The notes: generated by a model from the letters alone, not told the origin. A DNA stretch of 57,418 bases, filler included, from Jimgerdemannia flammicorona (GCA_003990765.1; 3 parts of 3 records of this genome joined end to end with filler, not necessarily neighbours in it), one strand, 5' to 3'; positions 37,401-50,753 are shown, numbered from the whole stretch's first letter. Translations and numbers: made by a program.

Positions 37401-37751
37401 GATATTACTTATCTAAGACCAATCTAAATTATTAATAAATAAAAATATTACTTCTTTACTTTCAATTAAGATCACTTTTTTAATCTTAATTTGAGTTATA
37501 AATTGACTATTTTTGTTACTCTAATTGGGTTTTTAATTTATTGATTTCTCTTATTAGTTTTTTGGGAGTTATTTTTTTTAATCTTTTTAATTCTACCTCT
37601 GAATCTTTAATCTTGTCTAATAATTCTTGCTTCTGTATTTTATATCAGTCTTTTGAGACTTTTAAGATATCTAAATAAGTATCAATTTCTACTTCTATAT
37701 AGCCAATATACTCCTAATAAATCAAATCAAATCAAAGGTCTAATTTAATTT

Positions 37752-37938
37752 GAGATTTAATTTAAACTCTATTTTTCTTAAAATATAATAACTTGATAAA
37801 ATATGTCCAAATTTAATAATATTTAGCTTGTTAGATTTCTCTATATAAGAGAAATCTAACAAGTTAAAGATTATTTAATTTGAATATGTTTTTATCAAAT
37901 TATTATATTTGGAAAAATAGAGTTTAAATCAGACCCTC
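37752..37938. mobile_element. Fold-back/MITE-like imperfect palindrome
   Basis: About 90-bp arms around ttagatttctc-tatataa-gagaaatctaa; ends gagatttaatttaaactc / gagtttaaatcagaccctc. Confidence 0.65.
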
Positions 37939-38246
37939 TATTCAATTTATTTAAGAGCACTAGTCAGGCTAATTCTTCTTATAAAGAGTTTATTTATTAT
38001 TTATAAAAAACAGATTTGATGAGATAAAGATAAAGTCAATATCTTCATTATACAGTATGTTCCAAAACTGAACCAATGTTTTATTAAATTTTATATTTTA
38101 ATTATTTAAATAAAAATACTCTAAATAAATATATTTTATATTATAATATATTATAGTTTTATATTAGAGATATTTAAAAATATTAAATTTATTGTTTTTA
38201 AATTTTTATTTTATCTTTAAAAAAAAATCTAAAAAAAAAAATTTAT

Positions 38247-38346
38247 NNNNNNNNNNNNNNNNNNNNNNNNNNNNNNNNNNNNNNNNNNNNTTAATTAATT
38301 AANNNNNNNNNNNNNNNNNNNNNNNNNNNNNNNNNNNNNNNNNNNN
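38247..38346. other. Artificial contig linker
   Basis: N44-TTAATTAATTAA-N44. Confidence 0.97.
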
Positions 38347-39282
38347 TCATTATTATTCTCTAATTAATTTATTATAATTTTATAATTTTTCTTTTTTTTT
38401 TAAAAAAAAATTAAGTTCTATTTATAACTGACTATAACTTTAAAAATAAGAACTTTTACTAAGTTTGATAAAATTATAACTACTGAAATTCACAGCCACA
38501 TATGCTCAAAATAGAAATAATCATATTTAGTTAGAATATTACTACATATATTTGGTATATTATATATTTAATTAATATTTTTTTGAATTATTGAATTATT
38601 GAATTATTGAATTATTTAATAATTTATTTTAAGAGTATTATTTAATATTACTGTTTATATAACAATTCTTAATATAACAAGCTTTGAAGTTTTACAACAT
38701 TAAATAATCCAACTGCTCACACAAAAAATATTACAACACATACTTCCGAATTCATCATATATACAAAAGTCAATGTACACTGTAAGTGTAAATATTATGC
38801 AGTCACACCTCAAGTCATGATACTCATCAGTTGACTCTGCACAAGTGCTTATCCGACCAGTGACCAAAGCTACAACGTAAACAGTCCTATCGCGGAAGAG
38901 GGGAGGCAACAAATTACACATAATAGAAGTACATGGACTGAGAATTTGATATGTGCGAGGGAAAGATGGGTACAGAAATAAAAAGATAATGTCAATGGAG
39001 TTTGCTTCATGATCCAGAGTCCAGGGTGTTGGAATTCCCGGTATACCTGCATAGTGCAACCGAAGCGTGACAGAGACGCCCGGCCTCAGCCCTACGACCG
39101 AGTAATAGTGTAACGATAGAAGGTGAATCGTGTGTGTGTACGTACGCAATATGTGGCGCGGAAAAAAAAAAAAAAAAATGGTGGGAGAAAGGAAATCCTT
39201 AAATACGGAACGAAAACAGTCTCCGAGTCTGATTGTTCGTTATTGATGATCCAAGTTAGAAACAGTCTCATATTCTTACACA

Positions 39283-41359
39283 TTATCGATATACCCTCGG
39301 GTTCTCTTCCACTTTCTCCGCATCCATTGCCTTCGCCTTTAGCACGGTCTCCTCCTCTGCTCTAGCTAAAACATCCCCCGCTTCTCCAAAGAAAACCACC
39401 GTCACTGTAATATCATCTCTGAATGCACGACACATAGGTGGTGGTATCGACATCATCGCAGAGAGCTTATCATCACTAGCGCCGCCCAGAGCGTTGCGGA
39501 TCAGATGAGTGGAAGCGTTGTTGTCCTTGAAGGTGAATTGCCGTTTGGACCGCGACCTCCCTGGGGGACTTTGTGGGGTGTCGGTTGTTACGGACGCAGA
39601 GACGCTGATGGGATTGAATTCTGGTACCACGTCTGCCTCCCCTCTTTCGAGAGCGCTGAGGTAACCGCCAACAAGCGCGACAACTTCGTCATTGCTCAGC
39701 TTGTCCCAGAGGCCGTCTGTAGCCATAACCAAGAAACGGTCGTTCCGGGAGAGCTTGCGGTGATTAACTTCGGGTTTCGCCGTTACGTATGGAGGAGACA
39801 TGAAATTGTTGGGTAGGGGTCGCCGCCCTGGGAAGTAGGACTCGAAGATTTTATTTTGCACTTCTTGGCTCCATTTGTAGCGCGCGTCGCCAAAAGAACG
39901 TGTAGGCTCTAACGAAATACGAGGGGGATAAAATATCGACCTATGAAAACCGGCACGTCTTTCCAGCCGACTACGAAAGGATGAAGGAAACATATTAGGA
40001 CTCACCCAATGCGCCCAAAACCCTCCCTCTCATCACTACGCTCTCTTCCTCTCCCGGATGCTCCTTCTTCAACCTCTCCTTCTCTCTCTCATTCCTGCCT
40101 GTCTGATCCACACTCATGGGTACCGCGCTCCATTCGCCCATTTCCTCATCCCATGTCCCCAATACCGCCCGACTATCTCCCGCGCATGCTACGAATAAAT
40201 CATCGCGATCCATATACGCCAATAGCGCGCACGATCCTGCAAGCGCCGGCAACAGCGTTTGCGTCGCCTGCGTGTGAGACGAGTCCGCGTTTGAGAGAAT
40301 CCGTTCGACAGAGTGCTCGACAATCTCGGCGTCCAGCTCTATAAAGGCTGTCTGTAGGGCCTCAATCACCTTCGCAATGCGCTCGATCTCGGCCTTTGCG
40401 TCTGAATCCGCCGCGGGAACTTCGGGCCCGACGTGTTTCTCGAGGGACTTGGCTGCGTATATGCCCAATTCCTTGGCTACCTTCTGCGAGCAGTTCCATC
40501 CGCTATGACCGTCGTAAACGCCAAATAACATCTGGTCACGCCCGCTTGCGGCGTCCTTAACCACATGTTCTGAATGGTCGTCTTCGATGGGATTATTGGA
40601 CGCGACAGCGTTAACGTCGTATCGCCAGACAGATCCATTGTCACTACGATATTCGTGGGAATCCTCGGCGAAGGTCACCGATTTTTCGTTCGCTCGCAAG
40701 AGGCTCGTTACCGCTTCGGGCGTAAGCATTTTCATTAGCTTGCTCTGCTTCGCACGCTCAACTTCCTCTTCAGCGACACCAGCCGCGTCGCTTTCAACCT
40801 TGTCCGGATCAAACGAACCAAGCACATTATCAATAGTGCCATACATGAACATGTCCTCGTCCTCGCCGCCCGATTCCATCAGATCTGTACGGTCGAAAGG
40901 CGACGAAGCTGGGTTCGTTCGCCGCCAGTTTTCGTAAATGGTCGTGGCGAGTAGAATGGCCGTCGTGTAGAGCGCCAGGTCGGTGAATGGGGATTGCTGA
41001 CCATTCTGCTGTGGGTTAGGAAAACGGAATTGCTCGCGCCCGAAGTCAGCATGACTGTGGAAACGGTCGGCAGCTGGCGCGGAAGTTGGTGTCGAAGGAG
41101 CTACAGAAGTTGCTGTGGGAGTGGACGTGTGTGTGGTGGCCACGGCACGAAGACTGACAGTCCGCGTGATGGCCAGAACCTGGGCGGGGCGGAGATTGTG
41201 GGTAGCGTTGTTGGCAATAACAGTGGTGGAAGCGGTTTTGCTGCGTAGGGCGGAGGTGAGATAGGATATTGTGCGGCGGTGGGGGTATTCAAGAAGCCGG
41301 CGAGGAGATTGGTGGGTGTGAAAGGTGATTTGGCGTATGATAGGCACGTTGTTCGTCAT
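39283..41359 (-). CDS. PP2C phosphatase, mitochondrial pyruvate dehydrogenase phosphatase (PTC5-like); exons 41359-40006 and 39908-39283
   Basis: SNNPIEDD, FGVYDGHSG, ACAGDSRAVLG, GRVLGALEPTRSFGDARYKW (across a 97-bp intron), MATDGLWD, RDDITVTVVFF; Arg/Ser/Thr-rich presequence. Confidence 0.92.
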
Positions 41360-42126
41360 CTTATCGTGTGCATTGAAGTGTCTGTTATGAGGTCGGCGGT
41401 TCTCGAGGGCTGCTTCGCTTCGTGGGAATCATCAAAGGGAAGTGGGGATGGGCTTTGTGATGAGAACTGAATAACGGAATGCATGAGTATATCTCGGAAC
41501 ACGATATGGTCCGTTCCCGGATTGGTCCGCCATGCGCCACACCCATGACTGCCCTTACTGCCCTTGCTTCGTCATCCGATCTGACACGCCACCTGAGCAA
41601 CTGACTATTAATCCACTGTTCATTAGTATGCTTTTTTTTTTTTATAGTCAGTTCATTAGTATGCTTAGAATTGTGTATGTTTAATATATTAAAGCATAGT
41701 TATTTTATTTTTATTTTTATAATAAAATTAGACAAAGTGAATATTAAGCAATTGTGACTTTGATAGTTGAAAAGATGCTATCACTATCTTTCTTGTCTTT
41801 TTGCTAGCTTCCTTCTTAGCATCTAGTATACTATTGCTATTATCTCAGCTATAGTCAAGATAGTTAAAATTAATTATAAAGAAGATTTTAATTTAGATTA
41901 TATATTTTTTTCTAATTATTTTTATTTATTTATTTAATAGTTATCTCTATAATTTATATTTAGAAAATAAATCTACTACTAGCTCAAATTATAATAATTA
42001 TTAATATAAGAAGTAAATACTTTTAATTTTTTATTTTTTATTTTTGAGATTTTATTTTTATTTTAGCCAAATTTTAATAATAAAATAATAATAAATATTT
42101 TTATATTTTATCTATTTGAGCTTAGA

Positions 42127-42159
<33 letters not shown>

Positions 42160-42704
42160 AAGTAGTCTTTGGTAATAATATAAATATACTTTGAGATATT
42201 TCTATATTATTTTACTTTTTTTTTTTTTTTTTTAATAATAATACTATTTTTATTAAGTTTAAGAACTTTTTAAATTTACTTTACTTATTCTTTAATAACT
42301 ATCAAGTAGATTAATATTAATATTACTATAATACTTTTTATATTTAGATATATACTACTTATATATAAAATATAAAACTAGTTAACTCTAGATAAATATC
42401 TATTAGAAATTTTTAAAAAATATCTATATTGATAATATATCCCTTAACCTGTAATGCAGGCAAATTTGCCTGTAAAAATATTTGGCATAAAATATCTCAC
42501 TCTACACTATATATATTTATAAGATAAACATATATACTGTAATTCCAACATAATCAAATATGTATGTCAGTAAAAGTTTGGAGCCAAACGCACTACAATT
42601 GACATTAGTCGAGCAGTCATTGTCAATGCTATTGTTCTGGCTGCAGGCAAATTTAAATCACATGATTTAAGGACTGTGATTGGTCATAATATCTATGTTG
42701 CGTC

Positions 42705-42917
42705 ATGCTCCTTGTCTCATATTAATTGGATAAAGATACTCCTATCGCATAGATAGAGATTACTCCTGTTACGTGTTAATTGGATAGAGATTGCTCCTAT
42801 CGCGTGTTAATTGGATAGAGATTACTCCTGTCATGTGTTAATTGGATAGAGATTGCTCTTGTCATGTGTTAAATTAGATAGAGATTGCTTTTGTCACGTA
42901 TTAATTGGATAGAGATA
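42705..42917 (+). repeat. ~31-bp tandem repeat x6-7
   Basis: tgttaattggatagagattgctcctgtcacg-like units upstream of a TATA-like tataataaata. Confidence 0.85.
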
Positions 42918-42986
42918 TAATAAATACTCCATTACTCTTCTTCTGTACTTTTTATGCATTTTTCTACTCTACATTACACATTCCCT

Positions 42987-43785
42987 ATGTCTCGTGAAGG
43001 AAGTCTAAAAGCAACTGATGCTCAGGATACTGATGCCCTGGGCCAGGGTATTGATTTAAATACTTTCCTACATACTGTTTGCTTGTGCCTCACATGTCAA
43101 CAGGAGGGCCTTATGCATCAACAGGAGGAGAATACTAGAATTTTATCTATTTTGTCAGCAGGTATGCATTTCTCATTACTTTGCTATAACCTTCAGATTC
43201 TGTTTAAGCTAATCAGAGATCTTATTACCTCTGTAATCTCCACAAGCTCTACCACCAACTCAGCCAAATACTCCACCAACTCTGCCTCAAACGCTACAAA
43301 TGCTACAAATACCACAAGCACAATTACTACAAACACCACCAGTTCAGCTGCAAGATCCGCCGCAAACACCACCAGTTCAGCTGCAAGATCCACCGCAAAC
43401 ACCACCAGTTCAGCTGCAAGATCCGCTGCAAACATCACCAGCTTGGCTACGAGATCCACCACAAACACCACCAGCTTGGCTGCGAGATCTACCACAAACA
43501 CGAAGCCGGCGACGCTCTTCGGAGGCACTCTCAGAGATACCTATTCTTTGGACATAGTCCTTTTCACCTTCACTATATCCTCCAACACAGCAACTTTCGT
43601 CTTCACTAAATACTAATGCTGCCACCATGTTACAACTTTGCCAAAATTACAACCACATCAATAGGAATGGTAATATTGTGAATACTCAAGGTTGTTTACA
43701 TGATCTCTGTCTATTTCACCATATATGTGCCTCGTGCCGTAGTCCAGACCATGGCTATTATAATTGTCCAAATCGACAGCAATGA
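42987..43785 (+). pseudogene. Pro/Gln-repeat protein with C-terminal CCCH+CCHC zinc finger (degenerate)
   Basis: 33-bp repeats (QTPPVQLQDPP)n; read-through of one TAG gives CQNYN...GCLHDLCLFHHICASCRSPDHGYYNCP*; probable intron at about 43162-43196. Confidence 0.55.
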
Positions 43786-45000
43786 AGCATCAGACTGATG
43801 AAGGGCATCGGATGGTGAAGAGCGTCAGATGGTGAAGAGCGTCGGATGGTGAAGAGCATCAGACAGTAAAGAGCATCGGATGGTGAAGAGCATTGGATGG
43901 TGAAGAGTGTCGGATGGTGAAGAGCATTGGATGGTGAAGAGCGTCAGATGGTGAAGAGCATCAGACAGTTATACGAGAGGAGAGATCCTGTTCAGATATA
44001 TATGAACTTACACGAGAAATGGCGAAACATCTGTGGGATATGTTTGATCTATCTAATCTAATAGTTCATTTTCCTTTACTTTATGAACAGTACCTGGATG
44101 GTGAAGAGCATTGGATGGTGAAGAGCATTGGACGGTAAAGAGCGTCGGATAGTGAAGAACATCAGATAGTGAAGAACATCGGATGGTGAAGAGTATTGGA
44201 CAGTGAAGAGCATCGGATGGTGAAGAGCATCAGATGGTGAAGAGCGTCAGACGGTGAAGAGCGTCGGACGGTGAAGAGCATCGGACGGTGAAGAGTGTCA
44301 GATGGTGAAGAGCATCGGATGGTGAAGAGCATCGGACAGTGAAGAGCATCAGACGGTAAAGAGCATTAGACAGTTATACTAGAGGAGAGATCCTGTTCAG
44401 GTATGTGTGAACTTGCATGAGAAATGGCAAAACATCTATGGGATATATTTGATCTATCTAATCTAATAGTTCATTTTCCTTTGCTTTATGAATAGTACCT
44501 AGATGGTAAAGAGCATCGGATGGTGAAGAGTGTCAGACGGTGAAGAGCATTGGATGGTGAAGAGCATTGGATGGTGAAGAGCGTCAGATGGTGAAGAGCA
44601 TCGGATGGTAAAGAGCGTTGGACAGTTATACAAGAGGAGAGATCCTGTTCAGGTATGTGTGAACTTGGTACAAGAAATGGCGAAATATTTGTGAGATATG
44701 TTTGATGATCTATCTAATCTAATAGTTCATTTTTCTTTGCTTTATGAACAGTACCCAGATGGTGAAGAGCATCGGACAGTGAAGAGTGGTCAGACAGTGA
44801 AGATTGTCAGACAGTTCAGACTTGTGAAGAGTGCTGGACAGTTCAGACTTGTGAAGAGTGCAGGACAGTTCAGACTTATGATGAGCATTGGACAGTTCAG
44901 ACTCATCTATGGGTATCTGGCTCCTCATGTTCCATAAGTATCTGGCTTCTCGCATTCCATAGGTATCTGACTCCTTGTATTCCACAGGTATCTGGCTCTT
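43786..45000 (+). repeat. Higher-order repeat: arrays of 17-bp GATGGTGAAGAGCATCR separated by three ~130-bp units, then 27-bp and ~25-bp arrays
   Basis: 17-mer arrays at about 43786-43966, 44097-44370, 44501-44621 and 44758-44790; spacers are similar to each other. Confidence 0.9.
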
Positions 45001-45847
45001 GACATTGACGTCACTTGGCCTCCTCAGATGCTCCTCCTGTTGTCCTTATATTTTAGGCAATATACATTATGACCCCTGTATATAGAATATACATAACCTA
45101 TAATTGTAATTGAATAGTATAAGAAATCAAATAACAATTCTGCACTGAAAAAGTGGGGTGAATGGTTATATTTTCACTTATTATATGTAGATTGATGACG
45201 TCATACATATTTGCCTATACATAACTACGGGTTAAGGGATAAATATTTAATACTATTCTTTAAGATTGATAAATATCAACTTATTTCTAATTAGTTATTT
45301 ACTATAAATCTTTATAATATCTTTTAGTAATTATTATTATAAACTTTAATATTAAAAACTAATGATTTTAAATAAATATATATATATAAAACTATAACTA
45401 AAAAATAAAATAAAAAATATTATATCTCTCTCTCTTCTTGAAAATTAATATTTTTGTTAAATTTTAAGATTATATAAGAATAATTATACTTAATCAAAGA
45501 TATCAGACACTATTACAATGAGTTGACCACTTTGAATAAGATGAGGACTAAAGACTTAGTAGTGAAAAGTTCAAATTATATAGAGAACAATTATTGTTAT
45601 TCTAAGTAAGTATATTAAGCTAGTGAGTTAATATCAGAAGTATGTATTTTTGTTCAAAGTTTTGAATGAGATCTTGTATGTTCTTGAGGTTGATAAATAG
45701 TTCTCAGATAGCATCATATTCAGAATATTCTATCTATTGATAAAGTATTTAGACCTTCAGTAGTAATTCATATATGTATATAGAGATAATCCTATATGTC
45801 AACCATTGATGTACAGTGCATCGTTGAACTCTTCTTATTGACCATTC

Positions 45848-45883
<36 letters not shown>

Positions 45884-46415
45884 CGTTGGAGTGGGAATGG
45901 TTTTTGGTTTTTTATTTCAATTTGGCAACGCCACCGTCAACTGTACGCAACGTCTTCTTGGGTGTATGCATGGATGGCGGTAGTGATAGCGTTATGCGTT
46001 TTGGTGATTCTAGTGAGGACCCAGCTTCGTTAATAACGCTCAACGGACGCTCTGCACACCATTAGTCATTGTATAATCTTTGTCGCGCGAAAACGTCATG
46101 GCTGGCAAAACGCAAAATGCCCAATGTTTCCATCATGATTATTCGGCTGAAGTTACGTCACCCTGGGCTAAGAGATTGATGAAACTTTGAGTCCTAGTGA
46201 ATCAGGGACTCGTAGGTATCTCACAATCTGGACGCAGAATAAAATCGTCATCGTTCTTTCTTATCTTTCCATCATCCTTTAACCTACTATTTCTCGCGGC
46301 CAAAAGGTAATCGACTACTTCTCGACCAAGGAATCTACCAAGGTAGGTATTATGTCACCCATGTAAATAAACAATCGTACCGCCCGTTCCTTCCGCACGT
46401 CCTAAATCACTCAAA

Positions 46416-48950
46416 ATGTCTACAACGCGACAAGGAAAAGCGACAAGTTCCAGCAAAAAGTCCTTGAAGTAAAAAACCATATGAAGGAAGAAGATTACTG
46501 ATCAAGGTACGAATAGTTGTTTATACTCGTGGATATACGAATTTTTTTTCGGCATTTTCACCCTTCTTCCATTTGAACGGACACGGACATAGGCGTCAAT
46601 ATCTGGTATCAAGTTGAAGGCCGTGATGAAGTGTTGTTAGGAGGCTTCACCGGGCAATACGTTGACGAGCTGTTAAAAAAAATAAAGGAGAAAAGCCAGC
46701 TTGTCGATTCGCCGGATACGTTGCAGCCTTTTGTCAAGCGACAAGAATCCGACGAGGAGATATCGCTACGTGAGCTGGAAAATATGCTTGGTCGTAACGA
46801 GACGTTGAATTTCGGAGATCTCGTCTCGAAATATGACATTTGGAATAAAAATCCCATCATTATTCGGTTGCCAGGTACGCTGCTTTCGTCGCGGCCATTT
46901 CGTTTCTTGACCGCTCACTCAAACATTCACGACCGTTACCTCTACACATTGCTCTTGTTGTGGGAAGGTCATTTGGTCGTGCTGACTCTGTTGACATGTT
47001 TGAATTTGTCCTCTATTCCATCAACTCTTCTTTTCATGCTTTGAACCGTTTATCTTCTATTATCAGGGTTAAGGAGAAAACTTACAGAGCTCGGCGATGG
47101 TAAGGATCTGCAAAACTTGGATAAATGTCTTTGGTTTTTCGCCAATTCTTACTATGGTTCTGTTTGGTAGATGAGCACATATAAAAATTTCAGTCAACGG
47201 GATCATCGAGCCAGATCGATACGCAGACTATTTTGTCGTGAATCAAGCTGAAGAGAACCAGCCATTCATCAATCACATCATGATGAGAGAGTTTGTGAGC
47301 TATCACGCGCCGCGTGCATCCGGCAAGTCCACTCGTATATGGAACAGTTGGAACATGGCATTCAAACGAAGGACGAGGGATTCAAGAAATTCCAATGTTT
47401 TTAGTAAGTGACTTTCACTTTCAATTGTTTGATTATATTAATGGCCATCAAATAACCATCTCTCTATTGATTTCTCTTGCATAGCGTGAATTTCCAGCAC
47501 GTGGTCGTCGATAGTGGAGCATATGAATTCTGGTCTTCTTTTGGCAAAGCTTTTCCAAAACGCAACTCTGCCAGTCTCGATAACAGATGCGAACACTTTC
47601 CGAGACCCTTTCAAAAAGGAGCTAGACCAGTCAGATAACAAGCGGTGGAAGCTTCCTGTGGTTCTGATTTTCGACGAATTCGACCACCAGAAGTGTCGTT
47701 GCCCGCACTTCCTACTTTGAGACAATTCGCGCCATCAGAAACAACCGAAGTCAATGTTATAGAATCCATCACCATTGTTGGCACCTTCGGCGTCGTGATG
47801 ATTAACCAGGATAATCCAAGGTTATCGCCGTTCAACACTACCGAAAACCTTGGGAGCAAAAACTTCAGCTAGAAGACCTTTTCGGCCAGTTTTGCTCTGC
47901 CCGGAGAATGGATCTCGACCGAAGATATCTATTCAAGAACGAATAGGTGTGTAAATAAATAGCTGAAATTACGAAGTCGGAGTTCTTCACAATTATTCAT
48001 AATCTGGTGCTCATCTTTTTTATAGGTATGCTGGCCTGGTTTGTCTTTGCGGCCGTGCAATCGATGAAGACCTCAAAGGGTACTCTGGCGTTTCAATCAG
48101 CTTTGAATCTTGGTAAAGCTTCGCCGTCACCAAATTTCAGGGTGCAGTGATGAACCATCGTAATTACGTTCAACAGGTTGATAAATAATCTCAATAGCGA
48201 TTGTGTGGCCTTACTGCAGAGGATATTTCTGGCCAATCCCGATCCCATCTGTGTCACCGACAACGACGAAATTAGGCTGTCGGAGCTTCTTGCCAAGGAA
48301 GGAGCTCTGATAAGTTACAGATAGAAACACCCCTCGCCCTTGCTGCGCTCTCTCATGATGAAGAATGTCATTACCAAGCAGTTGCCTTGTCCATCGACTA
48401 AAGTTCCGTTACGCCAAGACTATAGCCTCAACATACTCGAGGCTCTGAAAACCGTCGTTCCTTTATTCGTTCAACACGACATGAAAAATGGAGCCGAATT
48501 TTTGTACAAGTGAAGGTCAACGACGCATCGAATAAGCGGGTTCCGAGAGAGAGCGTGTACCAGCAATAATTGGTCGGCATTCTCGCAAATTGGCTCGCCT
48601 AATACACCAGATGGTGAACCTGGCCCGATGGTAATTCTCGAACTCCTCGCGACATCGACGAATTCTGAAATAAATGTACATTACGAACGCGTGCTGGAAT
48701 ATGCCGAAACCCTCAATATTCGTCATCAACAAAACCCATCTACTCAAGGCTCCTCTCTCAATATTCGGGATATCTGGGTTGTCCATTTTGCTTGCGCAGA
48801 TGGCGCCACTGGGGAGGATAATTGATCTTGGCGATCCAAAGAGCAGCAAGAGAAGAACCTAAACGCTGTGGTCTTTTGGCACAACCTCGACTTCACGGAA
48901 GGTGAAGATATGAAAGAAGTGTACGACGAACAGGTCCTAATCATTTAACG
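46416..48950 (+). pseudogene. Crinkler-type ubiquitin-like header + P-loop NTPase + PD-(D/E)xK nuclease pseudogene
   Basis: IWYQVEG..VDELLKKIKEK..NPIIIRLP header; Walker A HAPRASGKSTR; Walker B VVLIFDEFD; SPFNT; TNGYAGLVCLCGRAI; VPRESVYQQ; VILELLAT..HYERVLEYA..IWVVHF; several stops and frameshifts. Confidence 0.75.
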
Positions 48951-49703
48951 ACCTTTGATCAGTCGCAGATTTTCCAAAGTTTACCAAACCAAAAAAAAAA
49001 AAAAAAATTACTTCTTCCTTTTCACTTTTCTTTTCCACATTCATCGGAACTCTCTCTCTCCATATGTACTTCCGATCTGTTGTCACGGACAAACGTTTCG
49101 GTAGTGCTATTATAACTTGAATCACAAATACAAAGTGTTCGTATACTTGGACGAAACTAAACCAATAAAGCACACTCAAAAGGCTGGGATTTTTTACACG
49201 CCATCCCTGTTCAATGATCGAATGAAAATAAAGCGAAAACCAAGGATAAATAGTGTGTGGCGGGAGGTGTAATGCATGTTTGTATTGAAAATAAAATTTT
49301 AAATTCTCTCAAGCAACAATTACTTCCACTAATTCAATAGTAGGAGTATTTCAAAAACAACTTAAACCTTTTCCTCACACATGTAACATAAATACAAATT
49401 GGATAATACAATATTAACAATTACATTGATATTGTTGCTGCTAACATCATTTCCACGAATAGTGTAACACTAATATCACGAATCGCCTTTGTAATATTCA
49501 GAAAGGCCGACCCAGAATGTGCGGTCTACGTTTGGGAACAAATTCGCAAGCCTCAAGGAGGCGGCGAAAATTAATAAAAAGATATGGTGGTTATAAATGA
49601 GGCGGAATGAACAAAACCAACTAATATATTACTAAAGAAGATGGACGACGTCCCTTTCCCGCAAAAATACAATAAAATAAAATAAAATTCAAGCATCGAC
49701 CGT

Positions 49704-50753
49704 TCAGAAGATCCAAAACCACTTCTTCCTTTTTTCCGGCTCGGCTGGCGCTTCAATAATTTGTTCCGCCTCCTGCTCCTCCGGCTTCTTCCTCGCGTAC
49801 GTCCGGCTCCATCTTTCCTGTCTAGGATGGACCTTGAACTGGACAATGATGCCGACAATGGCGAGCGCCGCCACGCCGGCGAGCATGGCTTGGACTTTCC
49901 ATGTAATCTGGGTTTCTGTCTGATGGTTCCTGTTCAAGAACTGCTGGACCTCCTCGGCGAACCCAGTGTGGATGAACATGTCCAGCCCCAGGATAACGGT
50001 CCAAGCGCCGATAACGGACGTGAGGACGATGATGACAAACCGCTCGAAGAATATGACGAGGGCGACGCAGACGATGATCAACCCGACGAGGAGAATGATA
50101 CGGCCCCAAGTTTCGTGAATTACGCCACCGGTGGACCAAGAAAGAATCCATAGGCCCAGGACGTAGCCGCCGATGGCGGCGAGGAAGTAGATGCCGATGT
50201 GGTAGCAGCAAACGAAGAAGAGGCCGCCGATGAGGCCGATACCGAGAGAAACAACGAGATAGACCGTGTCACGGAAGGCGCCGTAGCCGTCGGTTGGTTC
50301 AACGTTGCTGAGAATAATCCACGCCAGATTGGCGAAGAAGTAGAAGCCGGCGAGGAACATTGTCACGCGGAAGAAGCGATAGCCAGCGAAGGTGTAGATC
50401 AGACCGGTGACGATCAGTACAACGCCTAAGACAATGAGATGAACTGTCAATTGGTAGCCATCGTCTGGGCATAGTGGCAGCAGGATGCAAAGCAAGGTAG
50501 AAAATACGGTGTGTGAGATAAGGGGCCTATTCCATCGGTTACGGCAATGAGCCTAGAGCAGTTTGTTTGGAAGGCGCGGTTTTCACTTACCGAGTTGTAT
50601 GGCACTATCGGGCACGGTAATGGTGCCAGTACTGTTCGCAGCTCCTTGGCGTTTTTCTAGACCCACCGGGGATGCGCTCACCGTGGGAAGGAGAAGGGCG
50701 AACAGAAGGGCGAGCAAAAAGAACAAAGCAGTAAGGTTCTTTCTAATTTCCAT
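49704..50753 (-). CDS. TMEM198/TM7S3 (DUF4203) membrane protein; exons 50753-50591 and 50464-49704
   Basis: Signal peptide; 7 hydrophobic helices; FAGYRFFRVTMFLAGF and TSVIGAWTVILGLDMF motifs. Confidence 0.85.

Larger units (their letters stand above)
42448..45231. mobile_element. TTAA-flanked non-autonomous DNA element (piggyBac-like ends) with cargo
   Basis: TTAA|CCTGTAATGCAGGCAAAT at left and ATTTGCCTATACATAACTACGGG|TTAA at right; embedded in AT-rich decayed DNA; no transposase. Confidence 0.65.

Noticed and set aside
42954..43616. 220-aa Ser/Thr-rich ORF as the true product
   Set aside because: It reads through a probable intron and a stop-free repeat; the alternative frame leads into the zinc finger and is more plausible.
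43786..44790. CRISPR-like repeat/spacer appearance
   Set aside because: The 17-mers are directly tandem, the spacers are copies of each other, there are no cas genes and the context is eukaryotic.
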